Assembly (NCBI GenBank): GCA_963706575.1
Contig: CAVPNL010000005.1
Coordinates: 224,001 to 288,000, forward strand
Reading direction: 5' to 3'
Length of the DNA stretch: 64,000 bases
Source: an uncultured delta proteobacterium
Lineage (GTDB): Bacteria; Desulfobacterota; Desulfobacteria; Desulfobacterales; JAHEIW01
The notes below the pieces were generated by a model, which saw only the letters and a program-made list of their open reading frames with translations, was not told the DNA's origin and did no database searches. Numbering within the stretch: the first letter of the stretch is position 1; each line of letters opens with the position of its first letter. Of the stretch, positions 22,097-34,620 are shown piece after piece. Both the position numbers and the translations under genes were made by a program.

Positions 22097-25000
22097 CTAT
22101 ATCTTCTGTATATTGACCATAAAGGCCTTGGTTTCCGGTATGCGCGTATTGGGATCACCGGTGGACGGCGTCAGCAGATTGGCGCTTTCTTCTTTGCCGC
22201 TGGCCGGCTTTTGCCATCCATAACACCACGGAAAACCCACCTGATGCACTTCGGATCCCAGCTGGCCCGCTACCTTAAGTGGCTTAAACCGTTTGGTGAC
22301 AATCGCGGTGCACTCCAGCTGACCGCGAGCGGAGGTGGCCATCACACGTTCGCCGTTTTCGATGCCTTTGAGCTTGGCCAGTTCTTCGCTCATCTCCACA
22401 AACACCTGGGGTTGCATCTCCATCAGCCAGGGCTGATGACGGGTCATTACCCCGGTCTGCCAGTGTTCCACCACCCGATAGGTGGTGCCCACAAACGGAT
22501 AGCGCGGATCGCAGGTTTTATAAACATCGGCTTCGGTCCCATAAACCGCAGCGGTCGGATTGGTATAGGTGCCGCTCATGAGGTTTTTTTCCACCGGGCA
22601 TTCCATCGGCTCGTAGTGCTCCGGTAGAGGCCCATCGGCACGACCCGGGCCAAATATCTGCCCATGGCCGTGTTTGCGCATGATAAAGGCATGCCTGGCT
22701 TTGGGATTGGGATTGTCCAGGCTGCCCAATGGTGGCCAGCCACCATCCGGCACATCGCCTCCTGACCATTTGGCGCCATCCCATTTAATGACCCAGTCCT
22801 CCTTATCCCAGGGCTGCCCGTTGAGGTCCACCGAGGCGCGGTTGTAAATGATGCGCCGGTTGACCGGCCAGCACCAGGCAAACCCCGGATACAGACCAAT
22901 ATTATTGGATGCATCCTGGGTGCTGCGCCGCGCCGCCATATTGCCCTTTTCAGTGTAACTGTTGCAATACAGCCAGTTGGCCGAAGAGGTGGACCCGTCG
23001 GCCTGCAGAAACGCAAAGCTGGGCACCAGCGTACCCTTTTTGTAGAGTTTGTCTTTAATGGTCACATCTTTTAAGAAGTAGCCGTTGATTTCTTTGGCCA
23101 CCGCATGCGGATCATACTCACCCTTGGTCAAATAGTCCCATTTAAGGTTTTGGATGGGCTCCGCGAAGGTACCGCCGTCTTTGTACTGGGCTTTAATTTT
23201 ATTGCCCAGCTCCATGATGATCTGGCCATCGGGAAGGCTCTTGCCCAGGGGTTTGGGGCCCTGGTAGCGCCACTGGCTCCAGCGGCCGCTGTTGGTGATC
23301 GATCCTTCTTTTTCAACCGATACCGCTGCAGGCAGGAAAAATACCTCGGTTTTGATCTTGGCAGGATCCATGCCCGGTCCGCGCCAGAATGAGCCGGTTT
23401 CATTGTCAAAAATGTTGACATTGACCATCCAGTCCAGGTTCTTCATAGCGTCACGGGTTTTGCCGGCATGGGCCCCGCTGCAGGCAGGGTTCTGGCCCCA
23501 GGCAAAAAAGCCCTTGAAACTGCCCTTGTACATCTCATCAAACAGATCCAACCAGGAATAATGTTTGCCGTCATCGACTTTGGGCAGCCAATCATAGCCG
23601 TAATCATTTTTGGGAGTGGCGTTTTCGCCAAAAAACGATTTGAGCAGGCTGATGGAATACTTGGGATAATTTTGCCACCAATTGGCGGATAGCGGGTCCT
23701 TGCTTACAGGGGTTCGCGCCTGGTTGTAAGCCGCTAGTGAAAAGTTCGATGCTCGAGGGGTTGCCAGATAACCGGGCCATATGTGCCACAGCAGGCAATG
23801 GTCGGTGGAACCCTGTACATTGGACTCACCGCGCAGGGCATTGACGCCCCCGCCGGCCACGCCCATATTACCCAGCAGCAGCTGAATGATGGCCATGGTT
23901 CTGATATTCTGGGTGCCCACGGTGTGCTGGGTCCAGCCCATGGCATACATGATGGTGCCGGCCTTGCCTCTGGCACCGGTGGCGCTGTAAGTTTCGTAAA
24001 TTTTGAGCAGATCCGCCTGCGGAGTGCCGCTGATTTGAGAAACCAGCGCAACATCGTAGCGGGAAAAATGTTTCTTTAAAATCTGAAATACACAGCGTGG
24101 ATGCTTTAAACTGCGGTCCATTTTGGGGACGCCGTTGGCGTCCATCTCAAAGGCCCATTTCTTTTTGTCATATGATTTGGTCTGTTTATTATAACCGGCA
24201 AACAGACCGTCTTCAAAGTTGTAATCTTTGCCCACGATAAACGGTGCGTTGGTGTAAGCCGCTGCGTATTCTTTGTTGTAAAGCTTGTTGTCAATGATGT
24301 ATTTGATCATCCCGCCCAAGATGGCAATGTCGGTTCCCGAGCGCATGGGCGCATAAATGTCGGCCCGGGACGATGTGCGCGTAAATCGCGGGTCAACGCT
24401 GATTAGCTTGGCCCCTTTTTGCTGGGCCTCGGTGACATACTTGAAGGAAATGGGATGGTTTTCGGCAGCATTGCTGCCCATGATTAAAATACAATCACTG
24501 TTTTTGATATCAATCCAGTGATTGGTCATCGCGCCGCGTCCGAACGACTCTGCCAGAGCCGCAACAGTGGCGCTATGTCAGATACGGGCCTGGTGTTCGA
24601 TATAGACCAGCCCGGCGGCACGCATCAGGGCCTGGTAAATCCAGCACTCCTCATTGTCGAGAGCCGCAGAGCCCACCGAGGCAATACCCATGGTGCGGTT
24701 GACAATCTGGCCCTTGGCATTTCTGGCCTCAAAAGTGGCATCACGGGTGGTTTTTACTTTTTTGGCAATCTCCGTAAGGGCCCAATCCCAGGAAACTTTT
24801 TTCCATTCTTTGGCAAACGGGGCCCTGTAGAGCGGGGTGGTAATCCTCTCGCTGTTTTCGCAGAGCTGCCGCAGGGCCGCTCCTTTGGAACACAATGTTC
24901 CGCGGTTGATCACATGACCCGGATCGCCTTCGATGTTGATGACGCGCTTATCCCCCCTTTTGCTGGTATGCACAATGGCACCGCAGCCCACCGCGCAGTA

Positions 25001-25162
25001 GGGGCAGATCGTGGTGGTTTCTTTGGCATCCTGGATCTGAAGCGCTTTGGCCTGGTCCCGCGCCGGCCCAAACATGCCGCCCTTGCCGGCGCAACTGCTT
25101 AGCGCCAGACCGGCGGCCGCGGCCCCTGAGATCTGGATGAACTCCCGTCGGTTTACCCTCAT
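22097..25162 (-). CDS. fdhA: selenocysteine formate dehydrogenase alpha subunit (FdnG-type, 1021 aa, Sec195)
   Basis: Tat motif NRREFIQ; CPYCAVGCG; EHQARI-TGA-HSATVAALAESFGRGAMTNHW in frame across 24578-24580. Confidence 0.95.
24544..24562 (-). promoter_or_regulatory. putative bacterial SECIS
   Basis: GCGGCTCT-GGC-AGAGTCGT hairpin, loop starts 23 nt after UGA. Confidence 0.75.
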
Positions 25163-25216
25163 AAGATCTCCCTCCTTTCTTCTGGTTTCCAATTAGTGTT
25201 TGTTTATATCAATTGC

Positions 25217-25420
25217 CTAGAAGTGGTTTCAAAACCCCATCTAAGGCCCAATGGCTGCGTTGCCCCGTAAGCGGGATTCGCATCTGATTTTTTGGATTAG
25301 GGTGCAGCACAGACCTCCGATAAATGCTCACATACCCAATGTATGCTGAGAACAACGACTTTCTCGATCGGCCTGCGCCTTGCCCTTGAACCTTATCTGA
25401 GGCTTTGAAACCACTTCTAG
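25217..25420. repeat. ~200-nt self-complementary repeat element, copy 1 (MITE/REP-like)
   Basis: Perfect 17-bp terminal inverted repeat CTAGAAGTGGTTTCAAA; core shared with 57834-58032. Confidence 0.85.
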
Positions 25421-26059
25421 TTAGCAAATGAGCATTGAAAGCCTGAAAGAAAGCAAACAACACGTTTGCTGGTCATTTTTAATTTTAGTTTTAAACGTAG
25501 AAGGTAAAGTTGTTCCAGACAGTCTAACAGTAAAGGTACTTTTTGAGGTTCTTTAAATATGTCGTTCAGTCTAGCTGGAAACTGTCAGCGCCAAACAACT
25601 TGCTGCTTTGCCTTGGTGGTATTGCAGCAATAAAGAATGGGGATATGGGAATGTGTAGACAAGCGAGGGCAAACTCGTATCGGTGCTGTTGCCATGTAAT
25701 TCTGCGGAAAGATTGATCCCCCACAGATCCAATCCTCCGAGGAAACCTGCAAAGTATTGTGCCCCACAAACTACATATCTAATGATAAATAGGGTGTCAA
25801 GAACGAATAAGATAAATTAACCAAATAAATTCAAGCGTTAAAATGTTCCTAAAATTTTTAAATTAGAAAGTTGATCAAATAAAACGTTCAAAGTCGGGGC
25901 TTGATTTATTTTGACCGTTGATTTAAGAACCCAAAGCTTTAAGGAATTTTTTTTTTGCTTATTTATTCGATTTCAGTTAAACTACAAATTTTATGTTTTA
26001 AATAAAATTTTGACCATTTGACCGGGACAAATTTTTAAAATCCAATTAAGGAGAGCAGT

Positions 26060-27223
26060 ATGGAAAAGTATTTATTTACATCCGAATCCGTGACTGAAGG
26101 GCATCCGGATAAAGTCGCCGATGCGATATCGGATTCGATCCTGGACGCGATCATCGGTCAGGATAAAAACTGCCGGGTCGCCTGCGAGACTCTTGTTACA
26201 ACCGGGCTGGTTTTTATATCCGGTGAAATTACAACCGAATGTTATGTCGATATCCCTCAGATCGTTCGGGATACCATCCGCGACATCGGGTATTGCTCTT
26301 CCCAGATGGGGTTTGATTGCCAGACATGTTCGGTAATCACCAGTATTGATCGCCAATCTCCCGATATTGCCCAGGGCGTAAACGCCGGCGAAGGCCTATT
26401 TAAAGATCAGGGAGCCGGGGATCAGGGCCTGATGTTCGGATTTGCCACTGATGAAACCGCCGAACTGATGCCGATGCCAATTACGTATGCGCATAAACTT
26501 TGCAGCCGGTTGACTCAGGTTCGTAAAAATGGGGCGCTGGATTTTTTAAGACCCGACGGCAAGTCCCAGGTGACCGTTGAATATGAAAACGGGACTCCCA
26601 AACGGGTGGATACGGTGGTGGTATCGGCCCAGCATAAACCGGATGTGACCTATGACGATTTGAAAGAGTCAATCATCGAAGAAGTGATAAAGAAAGTGAT
26701 TCCGCCGAAGATGACCGACGGTGATACGCGCTATTTTATCAATCCCACAGGCCGGTTTGTGATCGGCGGCCCGATGGGAGACTGCGGCCTGACCGGTCGT
26801 AAAATCATTGTGGACACCTACGGTGGTCAGGGCAGTCACGGCGGCGGCTGCTTTTCCGGCAAAGATCCATCCAAGGTCGATCGCAGCGCTTCTTATATGG
26901 GAAGGTATATTGCCAAAAATATCGTTGCGGCCGGTCTATCAAAAAAATGTGAAATCCAGATCGCCTATGCCATCGGGGTGGCGCAACCCGTATCGGTAAT
27001 GGTTGATTTGATGGGCACCGGAATGGTTCCCAAAAAAAAGGTTGAGGAACTTGTCACCGAAGTGTTTGATTTGAGACCGGCGGCAATTATCGAGCATCTG
27101 GATTTGCTGCGTCCAATTTACCGCAAAACATCCGCCTATGGTCACTTTGGCCGCAACGAGCCTGAATTCTCATGGGAAAATACGGATATGGCCGAGGTCC
27201 TGAGAGAAAAAGCAGGCCTGTAG
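26060..27223 (+). CDS. metK: S-adenosylmethionine synthetase
   Basis: [33 protein letters not shown]. Confidence 0.98.
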   Translation: MEKYLFTSESVTEGHPDKVADAISDSILDAIIGQDKNCRVACETLVTTGLVFISGEITTECYVDIPQIVRDTIRDIGYCSSQMGFDCQTCSVITSIDRQSPDIAQGVNAGEGLFKDQGAGDQGLMFGFATDETAELMPMPITYAHKLCSRLTQVRKNGALDFLRPDGKSQVTVEYENGTPKRVDTVVVSAQHKPDVTYDDLKESIIEEVIKKVIPPKMTDGDTRYFINPTGRFVIGGPMGDCGLTGRKIIVDTYGGQGSHGGGCFSGKDPSKVDRSASYMGRYIAKNIVAAGLSKKCEIQIAYAIGVAQPVSVMVDLMGTGMVPKKKVEELVTEVFDLRPAAIIEHLDLLRPIYRKTSAYGHFGRNEPEFSWENTDMAEVLREKAGL

Positions 27224-27393
27224 ACTTGTCATAACATTGAAAACCTGATCGTTTTGGTCAGGCGAGAGAACGTTAGCTTTTGTTCCACCATTCCATCATT
27301 CCAAGGATTACTTGGCGACAAACACTACCCCCGTTGGGGAGAAATTAAAGCCTGGCTCTTGGAGTCAGGATTCTTTATAAAGGAGAGAGATAG

Positions 27394-28653
<1,260 letters not shown>

Positions 28654-28654
28654 T

Positions 28655-28867
28655 AGGCATAGCGCATAGGGCATGGCGCAAAGCGTGTGAGATAAACTTT
28701 GAGCTTTTATACTTTTTGGTCGGCTATTAGATAAAAAATACGATATAGATATTTTTATCTTAACCCTATTAAGAAGGCTGTTCGAAATAGCAATTTCGGA
28801 CAGCCTTTTCATTTTATACCGCAATAAGAACGCTATGCGCCATGCGCCATGCCCTATGCGCTATGCG
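28655..28867. repeat. 7-nt tandem/inverted cassette (GCATRGN) with central hairpin
   Basis: gcatagc-gcatagg-gcatggc ... gctatgc-gccatgc-gccatgc-cctatgc-gctatgc; inner aaggctgttcgaaat/atttcggacagcctt. Confidence 0.75.
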
Positions 28868-29745
28868 TTACTGAGGCGAGAGGACGACAACGACGCGGGA
28901 CTCTTTGAGAAACAACAGGTGATGGGATGCGCTTTTTAGTTTTGAAGCATCCGCATTGCTGATGACGATATTGCATTGACTGGGATAATCGGTTCGGAGT
29001 GCTTTTACCGTTAAGGGCTGGTCGGGAATGCGTGGGTCGGATTTAGCTGAGTCAATATCGGTGTAATATGCGGCCATGCCATGCTGGACAACAAATTCTC
29101 GACTCACAAAGGCCGGTCCGAATACTTCTTGCAGGTTTTCATCCAGAATTTTAAAGACCAGGGCAGGTTGAAGTTCGATGCTTCTGGCATCGACCAGCAA
29201 GCCGGTGTATGCGCCTGATACCGAATTTGTACTGTCACCAGTGGAATTTGCTCCCCGTTTGATTTGTTTAATGCTTTCTATCTGACGAATTTCTTCAGGC
29301 AGAACCAGCTGGGTGAACCCGCCGCGCAAATTCATCTGCAAAAGAACCTCAACGGATCCATCCGACATATATTTTCGAAATTCTTCAACTTCCGTCGCAT
29401 CATAGACCATATCTTTGATTTGAGCCATGACCGTTTTGTTTTTAGCGGCCATGTTGCCGACACTGCGTTTTGAATTAATTTTAATTCGCTTTACCGTTTC
29501 AAACAGATTTATTCTGGCCTCATTTTTCGCTTCTGATAGTGCTTTCGGGCTGTTGGGGGGTGTTTTTTCGGCTCCTTTTTTGATGGGTGCGCTGATCCCT
29601 CTGGCCTGAACAACGCCTCTGGCCCAGTCAATTGTTCCGGTGCTTTTTTTTCAACCAGCCCGATCGATTCAGCACAGAATCCGGCCGTATAAACCAGGCT
29701 CAGCAGAGCCATGGCAAAGGCGAATATGGCTTTGTGTTTGTTCAT
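28868..29745 (-). CDS. exported LPP20-associated hypothetical protein (frameshifted)
   Basis: Signal peptide MNKHKAIFAFAMALL; YTGLLVDAR, NIVISNADA motifs. Confidence 0.6.
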
Positions 29746-29794
29746 ATGTTCGATAAATGCTGAGATCGAAATAAATTTAAGCAATTTTAGCAAA

Positions 29795-30649
29795 CTAAGC
29801 GCGGCCCCCACTCCACTTCAGCTTATTCTTCAAGATATCAAAATATTGCCGATCCGGCAGCGTGATCAAATGAATCGGGTGTGGCCCTTTTTGTATCACA
29901 ATTTCATCCCGGTCATCTATCTCAAGCCCTTTTTGTCCGTCGAAAGTCAGGATGATATCAGAAGAACCTTTAGCCAGCCTGATTTTGATGTTTGCCGTTT
30001 CCGGGACAATTAAGGGGCGATTTGTCAGGGTGAAGGGACAGATCGGGGTTAAAATGATTCCAGGTACCGCCGGATGGATGACTGGACCACCGGCGGCCAG
30101 CGAATAGGCGGTCGAACCTGTGGGGGTTGCCACGATTAACCCGTCAGCGCTGTAAGTGGTCAGATAATGATCGTCGATATAGGTTTCAATGTGGGCCAGC
30201 CTTGCCAGGGCACCCCGGTTGATGACCACATCATTGAGTACGGCCCCGCGTGTCAGGGTTTTGTTCCGGCGCCTGACCTCGACAGAAAGCCGCATCCGCG
30301 GTCGCAGGATAAAATCGCCTTTCAAAACCTTTTCAGCGGCTTTATAAAGGTTCTCCTCTGCAATTTCCGCCAGGAAACCCACTTCCCCGAATTTGACCCC
30401 CAAGATGGGAATGTCGCGATCACCAATCCAGCGGACCGCACTTAAGAAGGTACCGTCTCCGCCTAACACAAAAATGCAATCCAAATCCGTGGGGGCCAGC
30501 AACAGGCTGGCAGCGGCATTTTTTTGCCCGGATTCTACGGGTTTTTTGCGAACAATTTCAACTTTTCTGGACCGTAACCACTTTTTAAGCGCATCGGCCT
30601 TTTTATTCGCTTTGGCATCTGATTTGACGACTAATCCGATTTTTTTCAA
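29795..30649 (-). CDS. nadK: NAD kinase
   Basis: [32 protein letters not shown]. Confidence 0.95.
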   Translation of the reverse strand: MKKIGLVVKSDAKANKKADALKKWLRSRKVEIVRKKPVESGQKNAAASLLLAPTDLDCIFVLGGDGTFLSAVRWIGDRDIPILGVKFGEVGFLAEIAEENLYKAAEKVLKGDFILRPRMRLSVEVRRRNKTLTRGAVLNDVVINRGALARLAHIETYIDDHYLTTYSADGLIVATPTGSTAYSLAAGGPVIHPAVPGIILTPICPFTLTNRPLIVPETANIKIRLAKGSSDIILTFDGQKGLEIDDRDEIVIQKGPHPIHLITLPDRQYFDILKNKLKWSGGRA

Positions 30650-30751
30650 AGCGTTCAGTCAGCTCCTTTAGTCCGATTTTTTCTGATTACTCATACAAAT
30701 TTGATGCAAAAACAGCAAGATGTTTTTCGATGTACAAAATGCCATTTGCGC

Positions 30752-30789
30752 TTGACAGTCTTGGAACGTCTCTTGTATACAGTCTACAA
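30752..30789 (+). promoter_or_regulatory. promoter with overlapping GntR-type operator
   Basis: TTGACA at 30752; near-palindrome TTGTATAC-A-GTCTACAA (30773-30789) over the -10 region. Confidence 0.55.
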
Positions 30790-30943
30790 TTGAATTCAAT
30801 TCAATTATTATAGCGCCAATTATAAGCCACTTGTTTTATTCATCATAACCATTTTTCGAAACCCTAGACGGCAATTTCGGCCTACCCGATTGATTTTTCG
30901 AGCGATTTGCCTTTCTTAATCCATCATTTTTAGTGGGGATCCA

Positions 30944-31639
30944 ATGAAAATTGAATCTTTAGTTGATCTGGCCAAACGGCATATTCAGCTGTGGATCATC
31001 AAGGGGGAATACCAGCCGGGTGAGCGGCTCAAAGAGGAGGAAATTTCAGCCCGTTTGGATATTAGCAGACCCCCTGTGCGGGAGGCATTAAAATTTCTGG
31101 AGGCCGAAGGTTTGGTGATACGCAAACCGCGTCGCGGTGTGTTCGTATCTGAAATGACGGCTAAAGATGTATGGGAAGCTTACACCCTTAAGGCCACACT
31201 GTATGAAATGGCAACCGATCTGGCGATGGACAATATGACCGCCCGGCAGGTTGCTGAACTGGAATCCATCGTCAAAAAAATGGAAGACTGCGTGAATACC
31301 GAACCCGTGGATTTGATTGGCTATCAGAAACACCATCAGGAATTCCATGATAAAATCATGCTGATTTCCGGCAACGAGCGTCTGAAAAAAATTTCCGCCA
31401 GCATCCACCTTCAGGTTTGTCGATTCAGCTACAAGTCATTGCAGAATAATGCGCATCTCAATTCGTCCATTCGTTATCACCGGCGAATCATTAACGCCTT
31501 GAAGGAAAAAAATAAACCATTGGCCTGTAAACTGATGAAGGGCCACGTTATGGAAGCCCTCGATGTTTTGCTTGATATTTATGATCTGAATGAAGAATCA
31601 TCCGAAGAATATGCGCTCAAAGCAGTTGCATCGGACTGA
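30944..31639 (+). CDS. GntR family regulator (FCD domain)
   Basis: PGERLKEEEISARLDISRPPVREALKFLEAEGLV...RRGVFV; FH...SGN; H..II.A. Confidence 0.92.
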   Translation: MKIESLVDLAKRHIQLWIIKGEYQPGERLKEEEISARLDISRPPVREALKFLEAEGLVIRKPRRGVFVSEMTAKDVWEAYTLKATLYEMATDLAMDNMTARQVAELESIVKKMEDCVNTEPVDLIGYQKHHQEFHDKIMLISGNERLKKISASIHLQVCRFSYKSLQNNAHLNSSIRYHRRIINALKEKNKPLACKLMKGHVMEALDVLLDIYDLNEESSEEYALKAVASD

Positions 31640-31807
31640 ATCATTTAATCATAGTATCGAAAACCAAGTTTGTGGGCCCGGTCAGAGATCACTGGCTTTG
31701 CCATAAACGATAGTCATGGGGTACTGGAATAATGGAAACATCATCCCTCCGGGGGAAATCAAGCTGGGCTTTACTGGTAAATTTCACGACAGTTAAGGAG
31801 ATAGATA

Positions 31808-33290
31808 ATGACGGTATTACCTGAAGTAGAAAAACACTATGGAAAGCTCAAATTTTTTATTAATGGCAACTGGATGGATTCCGCTTCGGACCAGATTTAT
31901 GAAGACGTTAATCCGGCAACGGGTGAGGCGATTGCAGAGTTTCCTTCAGCCACCGACAGCGAAATCGAGCAGGCCATCCAAACCGCTCAGGCCGCGCTTG
32001 AAAAATGGCGGGAGGTTCCCCTCAGGGACAAAGCGCGGTATTTATTCGATCTGAGAGGAAAATTTGAAGAACATTATGACAGATTGTGCCGGGTGCTGGT
32101 GCAGGATCACGGGCGCACCATCGGAGAAGCCCGGGGCACCCTCCGCAGATGCATCGAAAACATCGAGTCTGCCTGCTCGGCCCTGCTGTTGCTGACCAAA
32201 GGGAGAATATGTAACCGAATTGGCCAGAGGGCTGGATCAGGCCTTGTACTGGGAACCCCGGGGAGTATTTTTGATTATTACGCCCAATAATATTCCGATG
32301 CACGCCTGGTCGTCTTTTGTGCCCTATGCGATTGCCAGCGGCTGTCCGGTGATCGTCAGCCCCAGTAAAAATGACCCGGTGTGTCTGGATGCCATCTTTA
32401 AGGTTACCGCAGAAGTTGAAGGCTTTCCGCCCGGACTGATGAACCTCGTATACGGCGGCAGTAATGTGAACCAGAAGATATTGTCCCATCCGCTGGTTAA
32501 AGGGGTGGGTTTCATTGGCTCTACACCGGTGGGCAAGGAGCTTTTCGCATTGGCCGGCAAGCTGGGAAAAGAGGCGTCGATTAACGGCAACGGTAAAAAT
32601 CATGTGCTGATCATGCCGGACTGTAACGTGGATGCGGTTGTAGACGGGCTGCGGCGGGGCTGTTACGGCATGGCTGGTCAGCGCTGTCTGGGTAGCGATA
32701 ATTTACTTTTTGTCGGCAAAGCCTACGATGAAGTCAAAGATAAATTTATTCAGGCTTCCGCCAACATGAAACTGGGATATGGCCTCGATGAGGCTACCCA
32801 GCTCGGACCGCTTGTTTCTGAAAAAGGAAAGCAGAAGGTAATCGATTTTATTGAAGCCGGCATCAAAGAAGGCGCCAAATTGACACTCGATGGACGAAGT
32901 GTAAAAGTCGAAGGATTTGAAAAGGGATTTTTCGTTGGTCCCACCATCTTCGAAGATGTCCACCCGGATATGCATGTTGCCCGGGTGGAAGCTTTCGGAC
33001 CGGTGGCCAATCTGATGCGCGTCAGGGATCTGGATGAGGCCCTTGAGTGGATCAATACCAAAGACAATTACGGTCACTCCGCCTGCATTTTTACCCCAGA
33101 TGGTGCAACGGCCCGCAGATTTATGAAGGAAGCCGATGTCGGCAACATCGGCATTAATGTGCCGGTGCCGCAACCGTATGCCTTTTTCCCGCTGGGTTCA
33201 AAGAATGAATCGGCTCTGGGCGTTGCCAAATCCCGCATAGATTCTATGCGGTTATTCCTGAATCAAAAAACAGTTACCGAAAGGTGGTAG
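31808..33290 (+). CDS. CoA-acylating aldehyde dehydrogenase (methylmalonate-semialdehyde dehydrogenase-like), frameshift near 32210
   Basis: GFIGSTPVG, NGNGKNH in place of ELGGK, AGQRC, EAFGPV, GINVPVPQP. Confidence 0.8.
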
Positions 33291-33344
33291 CAATGGTTTT
33301 TAACCCGAATTGAGCGTAAACCAAATGAGAAACAGGGGGCAAAA

Positions 33345-33938
33345 ATGAGCACGAACAAACCTCAGATACGAAAAATCTACACGATCATTGAGGAAACCCA
33401 TTCGGATGGAACAGTTCAACTGGATAAACCCAGTCGTAAAGCCGCAGCCGCTGCCGTCTTCAGTAATCCTTTTGCCGGCAAATACCAGGAAGACCTCAGC
33501 CTGCTCTATGAATGGAGCGAACAGCTTGGCGAAATGTTGACCCAAAAAGCCGTTGCCGCACTGGGGGTCGAGCCGGCAAAGGTTCACAGCTACGGCAAAG
33601 GGGCAATTGCCGGCGGCAAAGGCGAACTGGAGCACTGTGCGGCGCTGATGCACCCGGCACTCGGCAAGCCCATGCGCGACAATGTCGGCGGCGGCAAAGC
33701 GTTGATTCCATCCGCTAAAAAACTGGGATTTCCCGGTGTGGCGTTGGACGTGCCGCTGCATTTCAAGGATGCCGCCTTTGTGCGGTCTCATTTTGATGCC
33801 ATGGAAGTCCGGTTGCCGGATGCGCCCCGGGATGATGAACTGGTCCTGATTGTAGCGGTTACCGATTCCGGTAGACCGGTGGCACGGGTGGGCGGTCTGA
33901 AGCTTGAGGAAGTAAAGGGGGAAGACGGCCTGCGGTAG
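33345..33938 (+). CDS. amino acid synthesis family (DUF1185) protein
   Basis: NPFAGKY, SYGKGAI.G..GELEH, RSHFD, DAPRDDE. Confidence 0.85.
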   Translation: MSTNKPQIRKIYTIIEETHSDGTVQLDKPSRKAAAAAVFSNPFAGKYQEDLSLLYEWSEQLGEMLTQKAVAALGVEPAKVHSYGKGAIAGGKGELEHCAALMHPALGKPMRDNVGGGKALIPSAKKLGFPGVALDVPLHFKDAAFVRSHFDAMEVRLPDAPRDDELVLIVAVTDSGRPVARVGGLKLEEVKGEDGLR

Positions 33939-33965
33939 ATGCCTTCGCAAAAATGCATTAAAAAC

Positions 33966-34090
33966 AGTGATCTAAAGTTGGAAGTGACCTAAAGTGACTA
34001 AAGTTAAGGAATTCTGTCTTTTTATAAAAGATGGAGCAAAGCGACACCTTAACTTTAGGCACTTCAAACTTTAGTTCACTTTAGTCACTT
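33966..34090. repeat. ~9-nt tandem/inverted cassette (CTAAAGTGA / TCACTTTAG)
   Basis: ctaaagtgactaaagttaagg ... ccttaactttag...actttagttcactttagtcactt. Confidence 0.7.
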
Positions 34091-34109
34091 GTCTTTGTGG
34101 TGAGTTACA

Positions 34110-34598
34110 ATGAAATCCAATACGATTTCCATCCATTTCACCATAAATGGAGAACAAAAGAAGCTGGATATCCCGGCAGGGATGACGGCCCTTGAACTCA
34201 TCAGAGATCGGCTTGAGCTGAAAGGAACCAAAGAGGGCTGCGGCATCGGCGAGTGCGGTGCCTGCACCATTGTCGTCGATGGTCGGGCCGTCAACGCTTG
34301 TTTGATGTTTGCAGCACAATTGGACGGCCGGGAAATTTCTACTGTTGAAAGCCTGGATCAAGCTGGGCGGCTTCACCCGATTCAAGAGGCGTTTGCTGAA
34401 CAGCATGCGGTTCAGTGCGGATTCTGTACACCGGGGCTATTGATGAGCACCCGTGCCCTGTTGAAAGAGCAATCCAATCCAGACCGCAGCGAAATCATCA
34501 AAGCGATTTCTGGCAACCTCTGCCGGTGTACCGGCTATCACAGTATTATTGCGGCCATAGAAGATGCCGCCAAAAAGCAACCGAAAGCGGATAAGTGA
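34110..34598 (+). CDS. ndhS: molybdenum hydroxylase 2x[2Fe-2S] subunit (nicotinate dehydrogenase S-like)
   Basis: GCGIGECGACT, QCGFCTPG, GNLCRCTGY. Confidence 0.85.
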   Translation: MKSNTISIHFTINGEQKKLDIPAGMTALELIRDRLELKGTKEGCGIGECGACTIVVDGRAVNACLMFAAQLDGREISTVESLDQAGRLHPIQEAFAEQHAVQCGFCTPGLLMSTRALLKEQSNPDRSEIIKAISGNLCRCTGYHSIIAAIEDAAKKQPKADK

Positions 34599-34620
34599 TC
34601 CGGGCAGGAGCGTAAAACGA

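Noticed and set aside
24578..24580. fdhA as two genes or a nonsense mutant
   Set aside because: TGA is at the canonical Sec position (ARI-U-HS) with a downstream hairpin.
25209..25463. 84-aa ORF
   Set aside because: Lies across the non-coding 200-nt repeat element.
25800..26059. SAM riboswitch upstream of metK
   Set aside because: AT-rich region with no SAM-I core motifs visible.
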